Shown: positions 16,342 through 26,480 of the stretch, piece by piece
Layout: each line of letters opens with the position of its first letter
Numbering within the stretch: the stretch's first letter is position 1
From: Promethearchaeum syntrophicum
GTDB lineage: Archaea > Asgardarchaeota > Lokiarchaeia > Sigyniarchaeales > Promethearchaeaceae
Length of the DNA: 32,000 nt
Direction: 5' to 3'
Assembly (NCBI RefSeq): GCF_008000775.2
Contig: NZ_CP042905.2
Location: 330,001 to 362,000 of the forward strand
Position numbers and translations under genes: made by a program
The notes under the pieces: generated by a model
What the model was told of the DNA's origin: nothing
The model's database searches: none
Seen by the model: only the letters and a program-made list of their open reading frames with translations

Positions 16342-16493
16342 CTTCCAAAATGTCTGAATTAATTGTATAACACACGAAATTATGTTTTTATTTATTTTGC
16401 CTCTAAAATAACCTTTCGACTTCAGTGAAAATTAAAACATTTTTAAAACTCATCTACCCAAATACAAGTAATATCAAAAAAAATATATAGAAA

Positions 16494-17750
16494 TTGATTA
16501 AAATGATTGAAAATATTTTTGGATCCACTTCCCTTCGTGATATCATGAGATTAAGACCTTTTAAACGCAGAAGAGAATCTTCTTTTGATAAAACTGGGGG
16601 AAATATGGATAATATTAGAATCAAACCAGGAGAAAAAGTCACAATTTTTCAGAAAAATGGACCTGGATGTATTAATCATATTTGGACAACGCAAATGTGT
16701 TTTGGAGAGCCATTTTTTTTAAGACATCTTATTATAAGGATTTTTTGGGATGACGAAGAATTCCCTAGTGTTGAATGCCCTCTTGGAGATTTTTTCGGAC
16801 TCGGTCATGGTGAACGAATAAATTTTATTAGTGAACCTTTGCAAATGAGTCCGCAAAAGGGTAAAGGCTTTAATTGTTGGTGGCCAATGCCTTTTAAGAA
16901 AAATGCGCGTATAGAAATTGAAAATGATAATCCCAACTCTTTTACTCCGGGAGGTGATGGATTAAAATCTCCTGGATTAATATTTTATTATTATGTCGAT
17001 TATGAAATTTACGAAAAATGGCCACAAGATGAGGGTACAAGTCCAATTGGTTATTTTCATAGTTGTTTTAGAACTGTTGATTACAAAACCGATATGAAAA
17101 GGAATCCCGATACCGGAAAAAAATATAGAAAACTGGAATGGCAAGCTACGGCTGGAAAAAATACACGCGCAAATGGTGGTTATGACAGAAATCATGTTAT
17201 TTTAGAAGCTACAGGGAAGGGACAATATGTGGGATGTAATGTTAATATCGATAATAAATTTCGTCTAAATTACAATTGGCCTGGTGAAGGAGATGATATG
17301 ATATTTATTGATGACGACATTGGGAAAGAACCCACTATTTATGGAACAGGGACAGAAGATTATTTCAATACTGCATTCTGTCCAACAGAAAAATATAGTG
17401 CTCCTTATCATGGTGTTATAAAGGGAGGAGATTTTAATTGGTTAGGAAAAATAACTTATTATCGATATCACATTCAAGATCCAATACCTTTTGAAAAAGA
17501 AATTCAAGTTACAATCGAACATGGTCACAATAATCATAGGGGGGATAGGTGGGATTCAACTGCGTATTGGTATCAATTAGAACCCCATAAAAAACTTCCA
17601 GATTTTCCTCCTCGAAAGGAAAGAATGCCTCGAAAAGAATCAAAATTATTAAAAATAATTTTAAAGTGTCTTAAATTCATTTTTAAGATAGGTGTCTACG
17701 GGATTATTGCTTATGGTGCATTTTATCTATTTAATTTTTTTAACAAGTAA
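16494..17750 (+). CDS. DUF2961 / GH172-family glycoside hydrolase-like protein with C-terminal TM helix
   Basis: Family hallmarks are RRRESSFDKTGGNMDNIRIKPGE near the N-terminus and GTGTEDYFNTAF. The C-terminal hydrophobic helix IFKIGVYGIIAYGAFYLFNFF follows a basic stretch. The start is either TTG 16494 or ATG 16503. Confidence 0.75.
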   Translation: MIKMIENIFGSTSLRDIMRLRPFKRRRESSFDKTGGNMDNIRIKPGEKVTIFQKNGPGCINHIWTTQMCFGEPFFLRHLIIRIFWDDEEFPSVECPLGDFFGLGHGERINFISEPLQMSPQKGKGFNCWWPMPFKKNARIEIENDNPNSFTPGGDGLKSPGLIFYYYVDYEIYEKWPQDEGTSPIGYFHSCFRTVDYKTDMKRNPDTGKKYRKLEWQATAGKNTRANGGYDRNHVILEATGKGQYVGCNVNIDNKFRLNYNWPGEGDDMIFIDDDIGKEPTIYGTGTEDYFNTAFCPTEKYSAPYHGVIKGGDFNWLGKITYYRYHIQDPIPFEKEIQVTIEHGHNNHRGDRWDSTAYWYQLEPHKKLPDFPPRKERMPRKESKLLKIILKCLKFIFKIGVYGIIAYGAFYLFNFFNK

Positions 17751-17758
17751 AGAAATTT

Positions 17759-18586
17759 ATGTTTGTTAGGAGAAAAAAATGTATGCAAAATGAAATTAAA
17801 AAAAAAATTGTATTAATTACTGGCGCTTCAAGAGGAATCGGAAAAGCAATAGCTGAAACATTAAATGCATCTGGTTATAAAGTAATTGGGACTTCACGCA
17901 ATGTAGAAACAATTCCTAAAGAAGATAAAATCACAGGAGTACGATATTTGCAATTAGACCTGACAATTAATGATAGCATCGAAATTTTGATCCAAGATGT
18001 TGGTACTGTTGATGTTTTAATTAATAATGCAGGAATTAGCCAAGTGGGACCTATCGAAGAAGTTCCAATGAAAAAAATTAGAGAATTATTTGAACCGAAT
18101 TTATTTGGTTTGATTTATCTAACTCAAGGATTATTACCTCAGATGAGAATTAGGAAAGAGGGATTAATCATTAATATTACTTCAATGACAAGCCGAAGTC
18201 CAGTTCCGTTTTCCACTTTTTACGGAATAACTAAAGCAGGTGTTGAAGCTTTTTCAAAAGGACTTCAAAATGAGGTAGAACGCTTTGGAATAAAAACTGT
18301 AGTTATCTCGCCCTTTGAAATGAACACAACAATTCCACAAGAAATTATACTTAAAGAAAATTCACCATATTATGACATAACTATGAAAGCGAAGAAAATT
18401 CGTGATAAAAATCTTGCAAATGCCCCTGATCCGCGTCTTGTGGGAAAATTAGTTTTAAAAATTCTCAAATCGAAAAACCCGAAGTTTTTCTATCCGGTTG
18501 GAAATAATGGATTTATAAAGAATTTTTTAATTAAACATGCCTCAAGGAATTTTATTAAGAAACAAACAATCAAAAGGTATCAATAA
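17759..18586 (+). CDS. Short-chain dehydrogenase/reductase (classical SDR)
   Basis: TGASRGIGKA is the cofactor motif. NNAG is present, and the catalytic YGITK matches YxxxK. The start is probably the internal Met (MQNEIKKKIVLITG). Confidence 0.85.
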   Translation: MFVRRKKCMQNEIKKKIVLITGASRGIGKAIAETLNASGYKVIGTSRNVETIPKEDKITGVRYLQLDLTINDSIEILIQDVGTVDVLINNAGISQVGPIEEVPMKKIRELFEPNLFGLIYLTQGLLPQMRIRKEGLIINITSMTSRSPVPFSTFYGITKAGVEAFSKGLQNEVERFGIKTVVISPFEMNTTIPQEIILKENSPYYDITMKAKKIRDKNLANAPDPRLVGKLVLKILKSKNPKFFYPVGNNGFIKNFLIKHASRNFIKKQTIKRYQ

Positions 18587-18609
18587 ATAAGTAAAAAAAA
18601 ATCTTTTTT

Positions 18610-21843
<3,234 letters not shown>

Positions 21844-21845
21844 TC

Positions 21846-22190
21846 ATGAAGCATTTTCATTATTCAGAAATTGATGAAAAGAAAGTAGATGCATTTGGAT
21901 CAACAGAGACTACTATCCGAGTTTTTATTAGTGAAGAAGAAGCACCAAATTTTATTATGAGACGCTTTGAAATTAAACCACTCGGGCAAATTGGTGTGCA
22001 TTCCCACGATTGGGAACACGAAATTTTCATTCTAAATGGTAATGTTGTTTTAATTAATGATAAAGGAGATCGGGAGTTAGTTAACAGCGGAGAATTCGTA
22101 TTCATTCCACCAAATGAATCTCATGGTTATATAAATGAAGGAAATGAAACAGTAGCCTTTATATGTATGATTCCCAAAAAAAAGATATAA
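21846..22190 (+). CDS. Cupin-domain protein (metal-binding bicupin motif set in a single 114-aa domain)
   Basis: Cupin motif 1 is GQIGVHSHDWEHEIFILNG. Motif 2 is GEFVFIPPNESHGYIN. Confidence 0.8.
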   Translation: MKHFHYSEIDEKKVDAFGSTETTIRVFISEEEAPNFIMRRFEIKPLGQIGVHSHDWEHEIFILNGNVVLINDKGDRELVNSGEFVFIPPNESHGYINEGNETVAFICMIPKKKI

Positions 22191-22205
22191 TTAAAAATCA
22201 AGAAA

Positions 22206-22217
22206 TTTTTTTTTTTT
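22206..22217 (+). terminator. Oligo-T run (T12) after the cupin gene; archaeal-style terminator candidate
   Basis: Twelve consecutive T begin 16 nt after the stop at 22190, in the 31-nt gap between convergent genes. Confidence 0.4.
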
Positions 22218-22221
22218 AATT

Positions 22222-23019
22222 TCAAAATACTCTTTTAATTAATTCATCTGCTCTGGGTATATTCGGCAATCCATCATACATTATCGATCCCATTAACATT
22301 ATTAGTCTAGAGCAATATGGTCGAAGAATTTCTAGATTATGTTGGATCACAATTAATGTTAACCCGTAATTTTGATTCAAATCTTGTAGAAGTTTTAGCA
22401 AATTTTCTACCATTGTAAAATCTAAGGCTGAAGTTGGTTCATCTAAAAGTAATATTTCCGGATCTCTTACTAAAGCTTGGGCAACAAGAACTTTTTGTTG
22501 TTCTCCTCCAGATAAATGTCCAATAGGTCTATCAAAAAAGGATCCCATATTTACTTTATGAAGGGCTAATTTTATCCGATCTTTATCTTCTTTTCTAAAT
22601 GGTTTGAAAAGGTTCTTTTTATACAAGCCCATTCCAACAATATCACCTACAGTTGCTGGAAATTCTCTCTGGATTGGGTGCATTTGAGGCACATAACCAA
22701 TTTTATCATACATCTCAGATTGAATTGGATTTCCAAACACCTTTATTGTTCCAGATTCTGGGTGGATGAGTCCTAAAATTGATTTCATTAACGTACTCTT
22801 ACCAGAACCATTTTTTCCAATTAAACCAATATATTCTCCTCTATAAATCTTCAAATCTATACCTTTAAGTATTACATTTTTCCCATAATTAACAGAAACT
22901 CTCTCTAATTCTATAATGGGTGATATATTTGTGGTGTTAAATAATATTGGTTTAACCTCGTGTTTGTTAATGAGATGTTCGTGATTATGATTTTTATGAG
23001 TGTGATGATGATCATTCAT
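22222..23019 (-). CDS. ABC transporter ATP-binding protein, Zn/Mn (ZnuC/MntB-like) type, with His-rich N-terminal tail
   Basis: Walker A is GKNGSGKST, the signature is LSGGEQQK and Walker B is ILLLDEPTSALD. The H-loop is at VIQHN. The N-terminus MNDHHHTHKNHNHEHLINKH has 8 His in the first 20 residues. Confidence 0.85.
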   Translation of the reverse strand: MNDHHHTHKNHNHEHLINKHEVKPILFNTTNISPIIELERVSVNYGKNVILKGIDLKIYRGEYIGLIGKNGSGKSTLMKSILGLIHPESGTIKVFGNPIQSEMYDKIGYVPQMHPIQREFPATVGDIVGMGLYKKNLFKPFRKEDKDRIKLALHKVNMGSFFDRPIGHLSGGEQQKVLVAQALVRDPEILLLDEPTSALDFTMVENLLKLLQDLNQNYGLTLIVIQHNLEILRPYCSRLIMLMGSIMYDGLPNIPRADELIKRVF

Positions 23020-23028
23020 TCTTTTTGA

Positions 23029-23976
23029 TTACACCTCTTTTTTTTGGAGATCATTATTTATCTCACCATCCATTTCACAATAAGAACAATGAGTTTCATG
23101 TACAACTTTTACACATTGAGGACACATTTCTCCTATCTGTGGAAGTTTACTACGACGTTTCGGAGATATAATCATTGAAATACTAAAAATTATTGTTAAA
23201 ATAATCACTATTGTTGCCCCCCCTGATATATCAAAAATAAATGCAATTGCGAAACCAATTATTGATCCAAATATTGCAAAAAAGGTAGAATATATGAGCA
23301 TACGGTTTATTTTATACGTGAATTGATAGGCACTTGCTGCAGGAACTACTATAAATGCCATAACTAGAATTATACCAACAGTTGAAATACACATCACAAT
23401 AGTCAAAGCCACAGTAAAGAGAAAATAAAAAGAAAGGAAATTTACAGGCATTCCATTAGCTTTAGCAAGCTCTTCATCAAATGTGATGAAATATAACTCT
23501 TTTTTTACTGCAAAAATCAGAAATAAAATAATAATTCCAAGTATCATAATAATCGTAAATTCTGAAACACTAATTGAGGATAAGCTACCAAAAAGCATTG
23601 AACCAATATCTGTACTATAAGTATTATACAAAGATATAAAAAGAACGCCCAACGCCATACTAAATGAAAAAAATATCCCAATAGCAATTTCATTAGAAAT
23701 TTTATTTCGCTTATTGATATATCCGATTCCAAATGCTGTTAAAATGGCAAAACCTGCAATTGGAAAAATTGGGTTCCATCCCAATAAATACCCTAAGGCA
23801 CCACCAGCAAATGCTGAATGAGCAATTCCGTTTCCAAAAAATATTAACTTGCGGAGAACCATGAAGACTCCCACAATCGCACACACAATTCCTATTATAA
23901 TTGATGTAATAAATGGACGCCAAACAACAGGATATTGAAGGGCACTTATAAAATCTAATATGCTTGTCATTATCAC
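23029..23976 (-). CDS. ABC-3 family (ZnuB/MntC-like) metal-importer permease with C-terminal CxxC-x8-CxxC tail
   Basis: It is polytopic and Gly/Ala-rich, with helices typical of ABC-3 permeases (GNGIAHSAFAGGALG). The C-terminal soluble tail is GEMCPQCVKVVHETHCSYCEMDG. GTG start at 23976 (ATG at 23970). Confidence 0.8.
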   Translation of the reverse strand: MIMTSILDFISALQYPVVWRPFITSIIIGIVCAIVGVFMVLRKLIFFGNGIAHSAFAGGALGYLLGWNPIFPIAGFAILTAFGIGYINKRNKISNEIAIGIFFSFSMALGVLFISLYNTYSTDIGSMLFGSLSSISVSEFTIIMILGIIILFLIFAVKKELYFITFDEELAKANGMPVNFLSFYFLFTVALTIVMCISTVGIILVMAFIVVPAASAYQFTYKINRMLIYSTFFAIFGSIIGFAIAFIFDISGGATIVIILTIIFSISMIISPKRRSKLPQIGEMCPQCVKVVHETHCSYCEMDGEINNDLQKKEV

Positions 23977-24007
23977 ATAATTTTAATTTTTTATTAAATA
24001 TAAAATT

Positions 24008-24023
24008 TTACGATACATCGTAA
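24008..24023. promoter_or_regulatory. Perfect 7-2-7 palindrome TTACGAT-AC-ATCGTAA; candidate operator for the adjacent DtxR/MntR-family regulator
   Basis: This is the only G/C-containing island in the 58-nt divergent intergenic region between the permease (start 23976) and the binding protein (start 24035). It lies just downstream of a TATA-like TTAAATATAAAA (23994-24005) and 11 nt upstream of the ATG at 24035. Confidence 0.5.
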
Positions 24024-24034
24024 TTTTTATAAAT

Positions 24035-25117
24035 ATGGTAAAATTCCATATATTAATGATCAATATTCCAAATTTTCATCATTTAAGAGTTAATAGTTAT
24101 CCAATATTCATACTCATTATTATTTTAGGAATTATTACTCCATCTTTAGCAATTACAGATAATCCCACTGGTTCTAAAATTGAAGATCCATTGCTAAATA
24201 TATTAACAACGATTGCAGTCCCTTATGATATTATTAGATCAATTACAGGTGTGGATGCTAATGTTGAATCCATTGTAGATAGTTCAACAGATGTTCACTC
24301 TTTTGAAGGACCTACTATCCAACAAATCCAGAATATGTTAGATTCGGATGTAATATTTTCATTGGGCGTATCCGGATCTGAACCTTGGTTAGAAAATATT
24401 GTGCAAGATAATCCAAGTTTAAATGAGAAAATAATCCCTTTGGGTAATTTAACAGAAGATGGTTATGAAGATCCTCTTTTAGATAATGAAATTAATCCTC
24501 ATATTTGGATGAATCCAAATGTTGTGAAAAAAATGGTAAATAAGGCGACATTTTCATTGATTGAACTAGATCCCGTTCATTCAACAGAATTTTCTGCCAA
24601 TAATATCACCTTTCAAGAAAAATTAACAAATCTATTAATTGATATCGAATCAAATAAAACTGCTTATTTTGATGGATTAAAAGTAGTTGTAAGTCATCCG
24701 GCATATTATTATTTATTCGATCTTTTAGGAATTGAACGCCTTGCGACAATAGAAGACCATTCGGGCGGAGAACCTGGGCAATCGACAATTGTCGAAATTA
24801 TTAATTTAATGAAGGAAGAAAATTGCACCTTAATTGTTACTTCCCCTCAACACTCGGATGAGGACGCTCTTGAAATTGCTCGATCAGCTGGAGCAAAAAT
24901 TACAGAATTGAGTGCAATTCCTGGTATTTATGAGAATTTTCAAGTTGTAGATTATATATCTATGATTGAACATTGTATGATTGCTTTAAGAAACCCCGGA
25001 GATGTTGAACCAGATAATAATATTAATGGGTTCGTTTCTTGGGGGATTTATGCTCTTATTGGGTTAAGTTCAATTGCTTTGATATTTTTATCTAAAGGAA
25101 AAATTGATGCATTTTAA
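24035..25117 (+). CDS. Metal (Zn/Mn) ABC transporter substrate-binding protein, ZnuA/TroA cluster-9 type, with C-terminal TM anchor
   Basis: Metal-ligand contexts are STDVHSFEGPT, INPHIWMNP and VVVSHPAYYYLF. The N-terminal signal/anchor is YPIFILIIILGIITPSLA. The C-terminal hydrophobic helix is WGIYALIGLSSIALIFL. Confidence 0.8.
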   Translation: MVKFHILMINIPNFHHLRVNSYPIFILIIILGIITPSLAITDNPTGSKIEDPLLNILTTIAVPYDIIRSITGVDANVESIVDSSTDVHSFEGPTIQQIQNMLDSDVIFSLGVSGSEPWLENIVQDNPSLNEKIIPLGNLTEDGYEDPLLDNEINPHIWMNPNVVKKMVNKATFSLIELDPVHSTEFSANNITFQEKLTNLLIDIESNKTAYFDGLKVVVSHPAYYYLFDLLGIERLATIEDHSGGEPGQSTIVEIINLMKEENCTLIVTSPQHSDEDALEIARSAGAKITELSAIPGIYENFQVVDYISMIEHCMIALRNPGDVEPDNNINGFVSWGIYALIGLSSIALIFLSKGKIDAF

Positions 25118-25145
25118 AAAATTTCAAATAATTTGGGTTGATTAA

Positions 25146-25568
25146 TTGATAAACACTAGTCTGGTCAAAGAAAAGGAAAATTTAGTATTAGATTTTCTAT
25201 TTTTTTGGAACTGTCCAATTACAGCAGGATGTCTTAAATCTGAATTAAACTTTAAACATTCAACTTTAAATTCTATATTAAAACGCCTGGAAAAGCAAGA
25301 ATTACTTACATGGGAAAAATATAAAGAAATTAAACTCACGGAAAAAGGAAGAGAATCTGCTATGCATGTTTCTAATCACCATTTTATCATTGAAAGATTT
25401 TTAAAAGATTCTCTAAATTGTTCTGAAGAATTAGCTCATAATGAAGCCTTACATCTTGCAGGAGCTTTTAGTTGTGAGCTAATTGAAGAGATTTGTAAAA
25501 AATTAAAAATCTCTCATAATGATTCTCATGGTAATTTTTGTGATATACGTAAATATTTCACCGACTAA
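25146..25568 (+). CDS. DtxR/MntR-family metal-dependent transcriptional regulator
   Basis: TTG start. The wHTH reads LKSELNFKHSTLNSILKRLEKQELLTWEKYKEIKLTEKG. It is followed by the DtxR dimerisation/metal region HVSNHHFIIERFLKDSL...EELAHNEALHLAGAFSCELIEEI. Confidence 0.8.
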   Translation: MINTSLVKEKENLVLDFLFFWNCPITAGCLKSELNFKHSTLNSILKRLEKQELLTWEKYKEIKLTEKGRESAMHVSNHHFIIERFLKDSLNCSEELAHNEALHLAGAFSCELIEEICKKLKISHNDSHGNFCDIRKYFTD

Positions 25569-25613
25569 AATTAATAATCGAAAATTTTATTTTTTTTTGA
25601 CTATATTAGATAT

Positions 25614-25925
25614 TTGATGAGCACCGAAAGTGAAGAATTAAATAATACTTTCAAAGCTTTATTTTTTGGACCTTTTTGGGCAATAACAAAAAAAAAGGAG
25701 ATCCTATATAGCATTGTAGGAAATTCTCATACAATCCATCAATTAATCCTAAAAATTATTACAGATTTCCCCAAACTAGAAGAATATTTCTTTGAAGGAG
25801 ATAATATTGCTGATAATACCTCGATAATTATTAATGGAGAAGATATTCGTGGAGGATTAGGTTTAAATACGATTATTTCCCCAAATGATAGAATTACGTT
25901 TTTCAAAGCGGCAGGGGGAGGTTAA
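25614..25925 (+). CDS. MoaD/ThiS-family beta-grasp ubiquitin-like protein (SAMP-like) ending in Gly-Gly-Gly
   Basis: The C-terminal half IIINGEDIRGGLGLNTIISPNDRITFFKAAGGG-stop mirrors the MoaD end (...DGDEVAFFPPVTGG). FKALFFGPF near the N-terminus resembles MoaD beta-1. The ATG at 25617 is the likely start. Confidence 0.7.
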   Translation: MMSTESEELNNTFKALFFGPFWAITKKKEILYSIVGNSHTIHQLILKIITDFPKLEEYFFEGDNIADNTSIIINGEDIRGGLGLNTIISPNDRITFFKAAGGG

Positions 25926-25929
25926 AAAC

Positions 25930-26364
25930 ATGTCAGATGCAGAAGATGAATTAAAAAAAATAATTAAAACTCGTACTAGTAAAAAATCAAATCCAATTTG
26001 TGTCTTTATAAAAGTTCGTGAAGCTAAAGATGTCGTTGATTTAAAAATGAAAGATTTAACAGAGGGTCTTCTAGAATTACGGGTTTCTAGTACGAACGAA
26101 CATTTTCCTAAGTGGTATACTCACGGATATTTAATTTCTTTGTCAAATCTTAGGCTAAATTATAAAGATGTTAAGAAAAAGGAACAAATCTTGGAAGTTT
26201 TAACAAATCCAAATCGAATTAAACAACCAATTACAAAACAACTTATCGCAAAATTAGATAAAGATTTTGGAGGAATTCTAAGTGACGGAAAGAAGCTCTT
26301 TTTCAAAACTGAAAAATTCAAGAAAACTAAAGATCCTTTCAAGGTTCGAATGAAAACTATGTAA
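25930..26364 (+). CDS. Lys-rich basic hypothetical protein (144 aa), translationally coupled to the Ubl gene
   Basis: The ATG at 25930 lies 4 nt after the Ubl stop, with GGGGGAGGT 7 nt upstream acting as a Shine-Dalgarno sequence. I count about 27 Lys in 144 aa. I recognised no family. The ORF-track start at 25885 overlaps the Ubl gene and is not preferred. Confidence 0.6.
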   Translation: MSDAEDELKKIIKTRTSKKSNPICVFIKVREAKDVVDLKMKDLTEGLLELRVSSTNEHFPKWYTHGYLISLSNLRLNYKDVKKKEQILEVLTNPNRIKQPITKQLIAKLDKDFGGILSDGKKLFFKTEKFKKTKDPFKVRMKTM

Positions 26365-26480
26365 TATAATTGATACATCACTAGTTTCTTTTTTCTAATT
26401 TTAAATTACCTTATTACTACCCTAAAAAAATATATAGTTGTTCCTTGATATTTTACTAAGGATAAATGGATTGAATTCAC

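Noticed and set aside
21860-25339. Nested or antisense short ORFs 21860..22105, 23544..23732, 23711..23923, 24606..24788, 25142..25339
   Set aside because: These are shadow ORFs of the cupin, permease, binding-protein and regulator genes.
25614-25925. Interpreting the GG-terminated beta-grasp protein as the MoaD subunit of a molybdopterin synthase operon
   Set aside because: No MoaE, MoaA/B/C or MoeB genes are in the window and its neighbours are unrelated. A sulfur-carrier role elsewhere in the cell still cannot be excluded from sequence alone.
25885-25929. Upstream extension of the Lys-rich ORF (ORF-track start at 25885) overlapping the end of the Ubl gene
   Set aside because: The ATG at 25930 has a strong GGGGGAGGT ribosome-binding site at ideal spacing and avoids a 41-nt overlap. 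The extension peptide (MIELRFSKRQGEVKN) is just the alternate-frame reading of the Ubl C-terminus.
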